A DNA stretch of 64,000 nucleotides, from the NCBI RefSeq assembly GCF_009914755.1, contig NC_060932.1. One strand, 5' to 3'. The notes beneath the pieces are model-generated. The model saw nothing but the letters and a program-made list of their open reading frames with translations, was not told the origin of the DNA and ran no database searches. The position numbers and the translations under genes were made by a program. Numbering within the stretch: the first letter of the stretch is position 1; each line of letters begins with the position of its first letter. Positions 1 to 13,110 of this stretch are shown here, piece after piece. Source of the DNA: the human T2T-CHM13v2.0 reference genome, Homo sapiens.

Positions 1-1039
1 TAGAACGTTCTTTAATTATGGGCTGTTCTCCCAGTTCATCACATACCTCACAAAGGGTTCAGATTTAGTCTCAAAGGAAGCTGAGAAAGCACCTTTTGCC
101 TGTTTTCCTGATGGTGGGACAACAGAACCATCGCCATATAGAGGGCAGGATTAGAACCCTAGGGTCTTAACAACAGAAAGGATCCTTGAGTTCCTTTGAG
201 CCACAGCCCACCCATCACCCGGGCTCTTCTGAAGGGCAGGCTAAAATGGTTTTCTTTACTTCTATCAGGTTTGCATAAGTGGCATCTCATAATGTTTTTC
301 ATCTAAGAAGGGCTAATGAGTGGAGAAAGAGCCAGTGGAGTCTAGGTTATCCACAAATTAGACACCTAATCTTGATGTCATAAGAGGTGGTGTTTCATTT
401 TCAGGAGAAATCAACGTAAACCTTGAATAACTGAGCTGACATCTATTGCATTATTTCCCACTTAGTCTTAGCATGCATGGCTTTAGGGTATTTTTCTAAT
501 ATATCTTTGTCTCCTCTGAATCTTTGAAATCTTATCAGGCAGCTGTTGCAATACATCTTTTGAATTTTGGAAATTTTAATGTAATAAAGCAATTACCTGT
601 TGCCTGAAGACAGTGTCAAATATTATCAGGTGGATCTCAGAAGCCCCAAGAAATTTCTTCTCTCTTCTACCTTTCTTCCTCCCCACCAAATCACACTCCC
701 CCACCCCCACCAACACATACATCTTTATTCTCCCTTCAAAACCCCAGCCTTGGCTTGGCACATGGACTCCTTTTCAACCGTTCACTCTGGCTAACCCATT
801 TCCTGCCCCAGCCTGTACAAGGCTAGCACAGTGATTGTTCCATTTGCTCTGCAAAAAGTCAAATGTCACCCTCTGATGTTTACTTGCTTTGACGTCTCTT
901 GGCCATGGTATGTGGGGAAACTTACCTGCTCCATGACACTCCTCCTTACCCTTGATTGTGGGCACACAGGCTCTTCTAGTTGCAATTGCTCATTTCTACC
1001 CGCACATCCTTTCAGTGGTAGGACTTCTTATCATCTTAC

Positions 1040-1255
1040 TAACAAAAATAGCAACAACACTTACCAGGGACTTACTGTGAGTCAGATGCTCTTCTAAGCA
1101 CATTTGGATCTCTTAGCTCATTTAACCCTCGCAATAACCATCTGAGGTCGATGCAATCATAGACTCTATTTACAAACAAGGAAACCAAGACACTGAGAGG
1201 CTAAAGTCACCTGTCCAAGGTCACCAAGGTACTAAGTGGCAAAATCAGGGCTCTT
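1040..1255 (-). mobile_element. MIR SINE
   Basis: Antisense MIR core (ctcatttaaccctc...tttacaaacaaggaaaccaagacactgagaggctaaagtcacctgtccaaggtcac). Confidence 0.75.
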
Positions 1256-1309
1256 AACCACCGGGGGTCTTCTCTGCTTATTTTCTTCTTTTCCATTAAT
1301 CTCCTAGAC

Positions 1310-1500
1310 CAAATTCAACCAGCTCTCACTACTCTGTGCCAAGCACCTTGCCAGGCACTTGGGATTCAAGGATGAAGAAGTTGAAGCCTTGCCTGCAGTC
1401 TAATTGAGATAAGCAGGCACGTAGTAGACTAGAATGTGCTGGGTGGGGAAGGGGAGGTCTGGCCAGGGTGCTGTAGAAAGACTTCGAAGGCAAGTTGGAG
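1310..1500 (-). mobile_element. L2 LINE 3' fragment
   Basis: Degenerate antisense L2 tail (actctgtgccaagcaccttgccaggcacttgggattc). Confidence 0.5.
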
Positions 1501-2339
1501 CCTGTGATACCTTATCTGAAACATTTACATGAGTGTATGTGATAGTGCTCTGTAAACCGTATAAGCTTCTCTTCCACTGCAAGATGTTATTTTGTTTGCT
1601 TCCTTCTGTCTCTTTCTTCAACTTTTGAAACCTCAATTATCTTTCCCTTTTACTCCAGGAGAAGAGTATTTGAACTTAGCTGTGCGTTAAAATCACCCGT
1701 GTGGCCCCGGCTGGCTGCTTTTCCTCCTGCCTATGCAGTTGACCAGTTTCTCAGTCCCTTACACTCAGAGGTGGTGTGTGCCTGCGGCTGGCCGACAGAG
1801 TGAGGATGGAAGTAATGCTGCTCACCCCCAAGCCTGGCCCATAACACCTCTCTTGAATCCTTCTTCCCTTCCTCCCCTCTCCCAGATGGATTTGAGCATC
1901 CAGTGGAAGACTCTGGGGGGATTTCAGTTTGAGAATCACTGACCCCATATATTTGTTTTAACCACTGCTCACTACCTTTGCTACATTCAGCAGGTTCAGC
2001 CGGCTTGATGTTTCTTGAGTGGCTTACAAATGCAGACTGATATTTTCATCTTTAACTTTTCTCAGAAGAAATACTCTCTCTGCCATTGTAGGCTATTGGC
2101 TGTACATGTGAGCAGATAAGAAAGATGGGTGCCTAAGGGTCCTAACACACACTGGAGGCACTGGACAGAAAGTATTTTCCTTTCCCTTAGGACTGAAATC
2201 ACGTCATACTCTATGTGGGCAGAGACACTGAGAGTGACTCGAATACTTTCTTTGGACCTGTGAAGTTTGCTTTCAATAATAATAGTTATTATTTTGACTG
2301 AATTCAATAAACATAAATCAATACATACATATATGAATA

Positions 2340-2550
2340 CAATAATATTGAATCATCTAATATGAGCCAACTACTATGCTAAACACAGTAGCTCATGTAA
2401 TCCTTACAGCAGCTGTAGGAGGCAGGCGTTATTGTGATTATCCTGTTATACGAATGGAAGGAAGGCACAGAGATGTCAAGTTATTGCTCAGGATCACACG
2501 ATGAGGAGCAGGAGAGCCAGATCTGAAAGCCCGTCTCTGACCCCAGGCCT
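2340..2550 (-). mobile_element. MIR SINE
   Basis: ctactatgctaaacac...aatccttacagc...ggcacagagatgtcaagttattgctcaggatcacac. Confidence 0.65.
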
Positions 2551-2749
2551 ACAGGACTACCCTCTGTGTATGTAACCTTCACATAGCTGCCTGGGCCCCC
2601 AGACCCTTCACCCTGCCACTTTTCTTGCCATACCCTCTCTCTCTCTGTGGCCTTTTTCAATCCAGATCACGGCATGCGGGAAGTCCACCCTCCTTGCCTG
2701 CTGCTCACCACGCTTTCTGTAATTAAAATTTAGTCCATTTAAGCAAAGC

Positions 2750-2795
2750 CCGGAACCTGACGTTTCTGCCTAGTGTTCTCCGTCACCATGGCAAC
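2750..2795 (+). promoter_or_regulatory. Putative promoter: ETS core, CRE-like site and RFX X-box
   Basis: CCGGAA 2750-2755, TGACGT 2758-2763 and GTCACCATGGCAAC 2782-2795 (fits X-box GTNRCC-N0-3-RGYAAC), all in unique sequence. Confidence 0.6.
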
Positions 2796-2826
2796 CAAAT
2801 TCTTGGCTGAAACTGGATCCCTGGAG
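2770..2826 (+). other. Putative first exon (start approximate), ending at donor GAG|GTAAGA
   Basis: Strong donor at 2827-2832. Kozak-context caccATGG at 2788 opens MATKFLAETGSLE up to the donor. Confidence 0.45.
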
Positions 2827-3357
2827 GTAAGAAAATGCAAGAAAAAAGCGAAGTGCAGAGAAGACTCTTAGAACTGGGGAGTGGTTTCCCCTGGCGAGTG
2901 GCATCTACCATTGCCTAGATCCTCACCTGCTGCACCCTCCCTGACTGAAGGCCATTTTAGCTATTAAGTACCATCAAGGGCCTAACCAAGATGCTTAAGA
3001 CCCCCTCCCCTAAAAAATAGTAAGGAACTCCAAAGTAGAAAAAGGACTGCAAAACTGAAATTAAAGGCTGGATTAAATGCCTACAAAAATTACATGCTGA
3101 TCTCGTGAATAAATTGGGAATTCATAAAACTTCATTATGCTTAAAAAAATAAGGCTTGCTTTTCTTTCTTTGAAAAGATTTTCTGGCTTGCATACTGATG
3201 GTTGAGAAAGCACAGCCAATCACAGATTGAATGTATTCCTGGTAGGCGAATTATTTTAAAAGTAGAATTATAAAAGCATCATTTTTTTTACAGTCAAAAT
3301 GCTAGCAAATAAAACTTGCTCACATTGGCCAAATACTTAATACATAAGATGTGTGGG

Positions 3358-3700
3358 GTTTTTTTGTTTGTTGGTTGGTTGGTTGGGTTTTTTTTGAGAC
3401 AGGGTCTCACTCTGTTTCACAGGCTGGAGTGCAGTGGCACAATCATAGCTCACTGCAGCCTCTAACTCCTGGGCTCAGATGATCCTCTTGCCTCAGCCTC
3501 TCACCTCAGCCTCCTGAGTAACTGAAACTACAAGCTCATACCACTATGCCCAACTAGTGGTTTTTTTTAAAAAGAATATTTTTAAGAGGTGGGGTCTGGC
3601 TATATTGCCCAGGCCGGTCTCAAATTCCTGGCCTCAAGCAATCCTCCAGCCTCAACCCAAAGTGCTGGGATTACAAGGTATGAACCACTGTGTCCAGCAC
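3358..3700 (-). mobile_element. AluJ
   Basis: Antisense dimer with J-type diagnostics (gagacagggtctcac, tcatagctcactgcagcc) and a (TTGG)n-decayed tail. Confidence 0.9.
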
Positions 3701-4581
3701 CGAATGCTTTTTAATATGTTTGCTGATGTGGAGTGGAGCCTCCAAACGAATTCTTGAAATCACTTGGAATCATACAAATCCACTTCACAAACCCTGAGAG
3801 CTTAGTGTAGACAAGAAACATAGCTGGGGTGTGAGAGCGGAAGGGTGGCCCTGGGTGAGGTGGGAGGTTCAAGAGGGGAAGTAGACTCCTTAAATGAAAT
3901 GGAAGTGTTTACCCAGCCAGCCTATCTCAGGGAGAGTGACAGTTTGAATGGGTCCAATAGATTCCAGCTGCCCTGGCTGGAAACAAGCCAAGAAAAGCCT
4001 GCTTCCTATTTTCCCTTCATTGTAGGGGACTGGGAAGCCTTTATTTTTATGGGGTTGGGGGAAATGACAGGGGCTGCCATCATCCTATGTGATTTTCTTC
4101 CCTTCAGGGAGGTGGGGAATGCGCCTTTTTTATCATTCAGCCCAAAGAACTCACTTGACTCACAGGCATTGCAAATCCACGTCTATTTTCTTATCAAAGT
4201 CCTGGACCAGAGGGAGAACCAAGCAGTTGTCTCCCCAACATCAGGGATGGCTCAGGGAGAGAGCTCTGTGGCTCTATGATAAAACTCGAATGCAGAAGTT
4301 AATCAGGGAGCCACCTCTCTCCTTTGTCTCGGCTGCCTGAACCTCCTGGTAATGCAGGCGGTATGCACTGAGCTCCTGGGGTCCCAGGGCCCAGCCTCGA
4401 TGTAACACTCGGAGCGCCAGGACATGGTTTTCTCACCTGAGAGGAGGATAATTGTTCCTGACTCTCCTGGTTTTTCTAGAGGAAAGAAAAGTAATGGCGA
4501 TTCCTGTCACTTTTTCCCATCAGAGAAATTGTAGGCTAGAATAGGATAATGGGTATGAAATCGCCTCAAGAGGTTTAAAGC

Positions 4582-4745
4582 TTTGCTACTCAAAAGTGTG
4601 GCCCTCAGGCCAGCAGCCTCATTTGAGAGCTTCTTCAAAAGACATATTAGACTCTCAGGCCTGCCGCAGACCTACTGAATCAGAGCCTGCATTCAAACAA
4701 GATCCCAGGGGATTTGTATGCAAATTAAGCACTGAGAAGCACTGA
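4582..4745. mobile_element. MER5-family hAT-Charlie MITE
   Basis: gctactcaaaagtgtggccc...cagacctactgaatcagag...tgagaagcactg. Confidence 0.75.
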
Positions 4746-4799
4746 TTTTTAAAACCCTGTAAAGCATATCTTGTAAGGTATTAGTAGGCAATGATTTAT

Positions 4800-4928
4800 T
4801 GAATGTCTGTCTTCTTCTCTGTTAGCTCTATGAGGTCAGGCCCCGAACTGGCTTGTTACCCACTGTACTCCACTTTTTGTTTCAGTGTCTGGCATACAGT
4901 AGGCACTCAATATTTGCTGAATTAATTA
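4800..4928 (+). mobile_element. L2 3' end
   Basis: cagtgtctggcatacagtaggcactcaatatttgctgaat. Confidence 0.7.
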
Positions 4929-5058
4929 ATAAGCCTTATAACCTGTGTGACTGACCCCAGAGGGTGGTAAGAATAGACAGGATTCTAAACTTATGCCCTG
5001 GTGAGAGGTGCCAAGCCACCTGCATTTGACATCTGGTCCAATGCCCTGTGTAGTGGCA

Positions 5059-5235
5059 CAGTGGTTCTCAAATTTGGCTGTACACCTGGAGGCCTTGTTA
5101 AAAAGCAGATGGCTGGGCCCCACCCTTAGAGTTTTGGATTCAATAGGTCTGGGATTGGCGGGAGCAGGAACATTTCTAATAAGTTCCGGAGGATGCTGCT
5201 GCTGCTGTCCAGGGCCCCCACCTGGAGAACATAGC
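5059..5235. mobile_element. MER5A
   Basis: cagtggttctcaaa...gctgggccccaccc...aataggtctggg...catttctaataagttcc. Confidence 0.8.
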
Positions 5236-5654
5236 CTGCTTGGTGCATTGATTATACCTGAATAAGTGTCTTCATATTTTAAATACAGAACATGAGGATC
5301 CACAGTGACAAAAATATCAAACTGGCAGAAAAAAGCATTTTGCAGACCAACGAGTATGGCTGCTATTTCAGGTCCTGGCATGCTTTTCAGGTGGCTGGGG
5401 CAGCCTGAGATGGGGCAAGGACAGTGGTACCAAGGGGCCAGAGGATGGGATGGTGCCGGTGGCCACAAGGTTATGATTTGGGGCCCCAGGGTGTGGCTCC
5501 AGGGTCACACCTGGCTGTATGTCAGGGCCAAGTGTAAGTCCTATAGGCTACAGGTTTCCTTCCCTTGCCCAGGCTCCTGAATCGCCAGGGGTGGGACTCA
5601 GGTGACTGCAGTAAGAAGTCAGCCAGGCACTCTCTGGTTATTTACTACCGAACA

Positions 5655-6303
5655 GCAACAGCAATCACCACCCATCTCCCATGTGCCAGGGCTTGAGCTA
5701 AGTACTTTACAGATATTATCTCATCAGATTGTCACAGTAGCCCATGAGGTAAGTATATTAGTTCTCTATTTGCTGCTATAACAATTACAATGCAGTAGCT
5801 TAAAATAACACAAATATGTTACTACAGTTCTGAATGTAGAAGCCTGACACAGGTCTCACTGGGCTAAAATTAGGGTGTCAGCAGGGCTGAAGGCTCTCTA
5901 GGGGAGAATCCATTTTTGTGCCCTTTCCAGCTTCTAGAGGCGGCCCTGTTCCCTGGTTCACGGTGTCCTCCTCCATCTTCCAAGCCAGCAACATCGCATC
6001 TCTGCCTGCCTCCTGCTTCCACTCTTAAGGACTCTTTGGTTACATTGGGCCCACCTGGATTATTCAGATTAATCTTTCTATTTTCAGATCAGATTAACAT
6101 CCTTAATTTCATCTGCAATTTTAATTTCCCTTCGCCATGGTACCTAACATATTTACAAGTTCCAGGGATTAGAATGTGAACATCTTTAGGGGGCCATTAT
6201 TCTGCTTACCACAGTGATAACTCCTGTGCATCACCACTTTGGAGATGAGAACATTTAGGTTTAGAGAAATTAGGCATTTTCCTAAAGTCACACAACTAGA
6301 AGT
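5655..6303 (-). mobile_element. MIR split by an MLT1D insertion
   Basis: MIR halves at ~5655-5754 and ~6213-6303 flank the LTR. Confidence 0.65.
5755..6212 (-). mobile_element. MLT1D-like MaLR solo LTR
   Basis: Ends ccattattctgcttaccaca, the reverse complement of the MLT1D start tgtggtaggcagaataatgg; internal gttccagggattag. Confidence 0.8.
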
Positions 6304-6305
6304 GT

Positions 6306-6480
6306 CTGTCTTAGCCTGGGTCTTACCCCAAGGCAGAATCTAACACAAAAATGTGAAGTCAAGTCCTCTATTGGGGAGTGTGATCCAGTGAGCGGGAGAA
6401 ATGGGGAGCAAAGCAGGGAAAGAGAGAGAGTTACAAAGATGCTGCATCCAACTGCTCATTGCCTGGGGGCAGACAATGGG
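6306..6480. mobile_element. LTR16-like ERVL LTR fragment
   Basis: tgtcttagcctgggt...aaggcagaatct...tattggggagtgtgatccag. Confidence 0.5.
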
Positions 6481-6717
6481 GTGAGAAAGGGGAAACCTTT
6501 AGGCATGTGTTTCCTCCAGGTTCCAGGTTGTACCTCCTTCCTCCTCCCCTGCCTCCCCTGTTCTTGTTGCCACACTGTCTTCCCACTCTCTCCTGTCTTC
6601 AGGCCTGGCTGCCCTTCTCTGGTCTCTGAGAGAGGAAAACAGTCTCTGCAGGCTGCATGCATTCCAGAATCTTCCTGCGACACTGAGGGGAGTCTGCTTC
6701 CGATTGGTGTATGTTGA

Positions 6718-7071
<354 letters not shown>

Positions 7072-7147
7072 ACCTGCTTAATATTAATACTTGCCATATA
7101 ATCCTGCCCCATGTCTACGTATTTGTTTATTTCCCATTTGACACCCT

Positions 7148-7930
7148 GTACCAGGTTGAACAGTGTCCCTCCCTCCCCCTCAAACTCATGTTCACCTGGA
7201 AGCTCAGAATGGGACCTTTTTAGGAAATGAAGTCTTTGCAGATGTAATAGTTAAGATGAGATCATACTGAATTAGGGTGGGCCCTAAATCCAATATGACT
7301 GGTGTACTCAGAAGAAGAGAAAGATCTGGACAGGCGGCAGTGGCTCACGCCTATAATCCCAGCACTTTGGGAGGCTGAGGCAGGTGGATCACTTGAGGCC
7401 AGGAGTTTGAAATCAGCCTGGCCAACATGGTGAAACCCCGTCTCTACTAAAAAATTCAACAATTAGCCAGGCGAGGTGGCGGGCACCTATAATCCCAGCT
7501 ACGCGGGAGGCTGAGGCAGGAGAATCGCTTGACCCAGGAGGCAGAGGTTGCAGTGAGCCAAGATCACTCCACTGTACTCCAACCTGGGTGACAGAGAGAG
7601 ACTCTGTCTCAAAAAAAAAAAAAAAAGAAGAAGAAGAAGAAGGAGAAGAAAAGAAAGATCTGGACACAGAAACCTAGACACACAGGGCAGAAGCCATGTG
7701 AAGACAGAGGCAAAGACTGGGATGAGGCAGCAATAAGCCAAGGAAGGCCGAGGTTGACAGCAGCAGCAAGGCCAGGAAGGACCCCCCACCCAGAGCCTTC
7801 ATGAGGAGCATGACCCTGCTGACACCTAACTTCAGACTTCTGGCCTCCAACACAGTGAGAAAAAGAATTTCTGGTGTTCGAAGCCACCCAGTTTGTGGTA
7901 GTTAGTTATGGCTGCCACATAATGAACATA
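7148..7930 (+). mobile_element. MLT1C-like LTR interrupted by an AluS
   Basis: gtctttgcagatgtaatagttaagatgag...ccctaaatccaatatgactgg; 3' end aagccacccagtttgtggta. Confidence 0.8.
7328..7650 (+). mobile_element. AluS with (GAA)n tail
   Basis: Full dimer; TSD agaaagatct(ggaca) at 7318 and 7652. Confidence 0.95.
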
Positions 7931-8841
7931 TGCCCAGTAAGACCTTAAGGACCTGGAGGGCAGGACCCACGTCTGTTGTGTTCACTGTTAAATCTCCAGT
8001 GCCTGGAGGATAAATGGTCCTCAGCACGCCTTTGCTGAAGGAAGCTGTCTAATCCTGAGCAGGGTGACTGAAGCAAGAGGGAAGAGAGCTGACTGAGTTG
8101 ATCTGCTTAGTCCCATGGAGAAAAGCAGCAGAGAAGAGGAAGAAACTGAACTTGGCTCTTCCTTCCCCATTTCACTCTCAGATGCTGAAATGACTATTTT
8201 TGGTGAATGCAAATCATAGCTGTGGCCAGTGTCTTCAGTCCAAGGCCACAACTGCACGCGCTGAGCCAGGGTTATAGTCACAAGAGTTTATTTTTAAAGT
8301 AACCACGCCTGACCTTCAGGCTCAGAGGCTGCAGACTCAGACTTTCCTGGTCAGGGCCACCCCAGGGTGGCCAGTCATACTCAGCAGAGAAAAGCCACGT
8401 GTTCCAAAATGGAAAAGGCGCTCAGGCTTCTTCCTCCACCACAGCTAAGGAATACCTTCCCCTCCCATCTGTCGCCTACATGCTGACCGCTTTCTGGCGC
8501 ATTTAACACCCACAAATCACAAGCTGTTGCTCTTGGCTTGGAGCTCCAGTTTCTTGAACTAAATTATAAGTATGAGCATGCTGTGTAGCTTGCAGGGTGT
8601 GGCTGCTGGAAGAACACTCTCCCACGAAGGCAGAGAGCTCCCTGACCCCTTGATCATCCCCAGAAGGGACAAGAAAGCATTCTTCAGAACTGCTGGATTT
8701 TTTTTTTTTTTTTTTTTTTGGTCTTAGTTGAGCCATAAGTAAGCAGCAGCAGACTGTCCATAGGTACAACATAGGTTGTCAAAGACCAGGATTCTCTCAT
8801 GTCTCAGAAGTTCTCCAGGTCCCAGCTGAAGAACACCTTCA

Positions 8842-9151
8842 GATAGACGCAGTGGCTTATGCCTGTAATCCCAGCACTTTGGGAGGCTGAGGCGGGAGGA
8901 TTCCTTGGGCCCAGGAGTTCGAGACGAGCCTAGGCAACATAACAAAACCCCATCTTTACAAAAAATACAAACATTGACTGGGTGTTGTGTCATATGCCTA
9001 TAGTTCCACCTACTTGGGAGGCTGAGGTGGGAGGGTCTCCTGAGCATTGGGAGGTCAAGGCTGCAGTAAGCCATGATCGTGCCACTGCACTCCAGCCTGG
9101 GCAATGGAGCAAGACCCTGTGCCAAATACCCAACCAACCAACCAACCAAAT
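8842..9151 (+). mobile_element. AluJ
   Basis: Dimer with (CCAA)n tail; TSD aagaa(c/t)accttc on both sides. Confidence 0.9.
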
Positions 9152-9542
9152 AAAGAATACCTTCCTCAAAGGTTCAATCAGGATTTGAAAAAATAGGGAA
9201 AAAATGGTGTTAACCTGGTAGGACTCAGGGTAACTTTTTTTTTCATTTTCATAAATTGTATTTTCCTTATCTAATCTTTACACCAATAAAGAAGGACTCT
9301 GGCACCTTCTAAACAAACAAATGTACACATTACCCATTTATACCCGAGCCGGGCTTCCTTGGGGGCTGTGCACACTCACTCCACACCCACCATGAGAACT
9401 ACTGCACCTGTGGCCTTATTGAAACAATGAACTGAAAACTCCATGCAGCTGATTCAGAAAACATCAAGGAAAAATGTAGGTTTTTACTGAGGATTTCTAA
9501 GGGAGGTGAGGAGGGGCATATAGTACATCATACACACAAGGC

Positions 9543-9688
9543 TTTTTTTTTTTTTTTTTTTTTTTGTAAAGAAAGACAGAGTTTTGAGATCCTGCCCAGG
9601 CTGGTCTCGAACTCCTTGGCTCAAGCAATCCTCCCACCTCAGCCTTCCAAAGTGTTGAGATTACAATTGTGAGCCACCACGCCCAGAT
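9543..9688 (-). mobile_element. FLAM / Alu left monomer
   Basis: Poly-T followed by a single antisense left arm. Confidence 0.8.
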
Positions 9689-10229
9689 CTTCTTTAAACT
9701 TGTCTTTAAACATGTCTTTTTACCCTAAAGTCTCACCCCCTGACAATGTCTGCTCCATCACTCCCCCTTGTTCTCAGCTTCCCTGTCCTCCTCTTCTCTC
9801 TTCATGAACTTGTAGCCACACAGGCTGTCCTTCTAACTCCCTCTTCTTTCCAGCTTCTTCTGCTGTATAAGGTTCTTTTAGCGGGTTATCTCCTTGGGCT
9901 TCTCTTGCAGAGAGTAACTCTGCCTTCTCTTAGTTTCTCTGATTCTCCTCTCTACCCATCACCCCACACGACCCAACAGCTGAGTTTGCTGAATGAGAAG
10001 ATGCTCTTCCTTCCTAGAAAGCATGTGGTTCCCCATCATAAGCAGAAACCTTTGGTGGATAGAAACAACCACTCCTTGTGTTGACATATAGGACACTAGA
10101 GTGGTCCGGGCTGGTCCCAGTGATGATAGAGAGCTGGGGGTGGGGAGAGAATGGGAGATGTCCAGGACTTCAGTTCCAATCTCATAAGATCAAGGATTTA
10201 TGAGAACCGATGTGAGCTCACCCCTGTGG

Positions 10230-10500
10230 AGATGCATCAGACACAGCCATTGCCCTCAAGGAGCTTATAATATGATTGGGGAAACAGAAATGAGGCAATT
10301 CTAGAGCAAGCGGGACATGCCATGTGTTAAGTCCCCAAAGAGTTCATAAGAGGGCAGGTAGGCTCAGTCTGGAGAAGTCTCAGGAACCTACAAGGGCAGG
10401 TTGAGAAGGATGGACCAAATCTAACCAAGTGGAGGTCGAGAGAGCAGGCATCCCATTCAGGAGAATCTGTGTGAACAAAAACTTGGAGGTAAAAGATGGG
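10230..10500 (-). mobile_element. L2 fragment
   Basis: tgccctcaaggagcttataatatgattgggg. Confidence 0.55.
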
Positions 10501-10842
10501 AAACAGAAAGGAAGGCCACCTGGTGAGTGATGGATTTCCCCAAGCACATGCCTAAACCAGTCCCATTACTTTAAAGTGGGACTTGAACTACATCCCTCCT
10601 TCAAATTCTCTCCTTCCTAACTTTAGAAAGGCTATGGCCTAGTGGACAGCCAGGCAGCCCACCCTGCATTTACTGAGGATTGAGGCTCCAAAGACTGTCA
10701 TTTAGATTGGTTGATTGAATCTGGGCATGCATTTTCCCATAGAAACAAAGTTGTATGTGGTAATTAGCAAAGGCGGAGTGAGACTGAAGTACGTGTGTGT
10801 TGAGGGTGGAGGTGAGGCTGAGGGTGGTGGTGTGTTGATTAG

Positions 10843-11258
<416 letters not shown>

Positions 11259-11894
11259 CAAATGGGTTATTTTAAAAAGTCATCACATTGCTACAGTATT
11301 ACATGAGAAATTGTTGTAATGGATCTGGGGGGCTACACTGAGTTAGGCTCCTAGACTATCCTAGATGTGCTAGTGGTGACCCCGAGCTGTGCATTCCCAG
11401 GTGTCCAGAACCAAGGGAGTGAGGCCTACTGGGCTTCAGTCACATGGCGGTAGAGGGGAGACCTAAGGCTTCACTAGCTGGGGCCTGGGGTGAGTCTAAC
11501 ATCTCCAGAGCACAGAACTTCCTTGACATCTGGACAACCACCAAGGCCAGGTGGCTAATCCGTGGGATTGGGCACAATAGTTAGAATCCAGGTGGGAGGA
11601 AATAAACGAAGGCAGGCAGGTGTCTGGGGCACAAATCAAAAAAGTTTTGTTTTGCCCAGTAAGATCTCAGGCACTGTCTCGTGGGTTTGGAAGCAGCAAT
11701 TAATCCTCTAAGGAAAGGTCTGGAAGAGCTTGGTATGGTGTTGGGCTCCACAAAGCTGGCTGAGATCCAGTAACAGACTCAAAGCTATGTAGGCAAGTTG
11801 TTACAGAAACCTAGAACTCTGAGCTGAGCCAGCATGGCAGGGGTCTAAATAGAATAGTATGATTTGGATGGTTCATATGTACCCAAGAACTAAC

Positions 11895-12001
11895 TTCCTT
11901 CCTTCCTTCCTTCCTCTCTTCCTCCCTTCCTTCCCTCTTTCCTTCTCTCCCTCCCTACTCCTTCCTTCCTTCTTTCCTTCGTCCCTTCCTTCTCTCTCTC
12001 T
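11895..12001. repeat. (CTTC)n-like polypyrimidine tract
   Basis: About 105 bp of almost pure C/T at an L2 tail. Confidence 0.9.
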
Positions 12002-12304
12002 CACTCATTTATTCACACCATGTGCCAAGCCAATTCCTAGGTGATAAGGATATCATGGTTAATACAGTCCCTACACTCATGGAAGTTATGGTCTGAAGGG
12101 GAAACAGACATGTAACAATGGTTAAATTTATAATGGTACAACCAAAATTGTAGACGGCCCTTCAAAGATGGACAGCATCTAACAACAGTAAGGGGGAATC
12201 TAATTAGGTCTGGTGGGAAGAGGGCTCTGCAAGGCTTCCCTGAGGAATGACATCTGAGCTGAGACCTAAAGGATGAGAATTTAGCCATACAAAAGGGAAG
12301 AAGG

Positions 12305-12770
<466 letters not shown>

Positions 12771-12869
12771 TCACTGGGTACAAGTCTGGGGCTGCTCATG
12801 GTGGGCTGGGAGTACCATTGCCTCCTAGTGGAGCTGAGTCTTTGAGCATTAATAATGTTTTTGGATGAG

Positions 12870-13110
12870 AATAATAACTACTTCTTATTAAGGCAATTTC
12901 TATATGCTACATGCTTTATATGTCTTATGTTATTCAATCCTCACAATTCCCCAAGGGATTAGTATGGTTGTCTTCCCATTTTACAGATGAGAAAAACAAG
13001 GGTTAGAGAAATTAATGAACTTGTCTGGCGCCATGTAGCCAATAAGTGAAGGAATTCAGACACGATTCATGGCCTGCCTGATTGCAAGGCCATGGTTCTG
13101 AAAACTTTAC
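12870..13110 (-). mobile_element. MIR
   Basis: aatcctcacaa...cccattttacagatgagaaaa. Confidence 0.8.

Noticed and set aside
4926-5468. 180-aa minus-strand ORF
   Set aside because: Overlaps MER5A, has no recognisable domain and no supporting splice structure.
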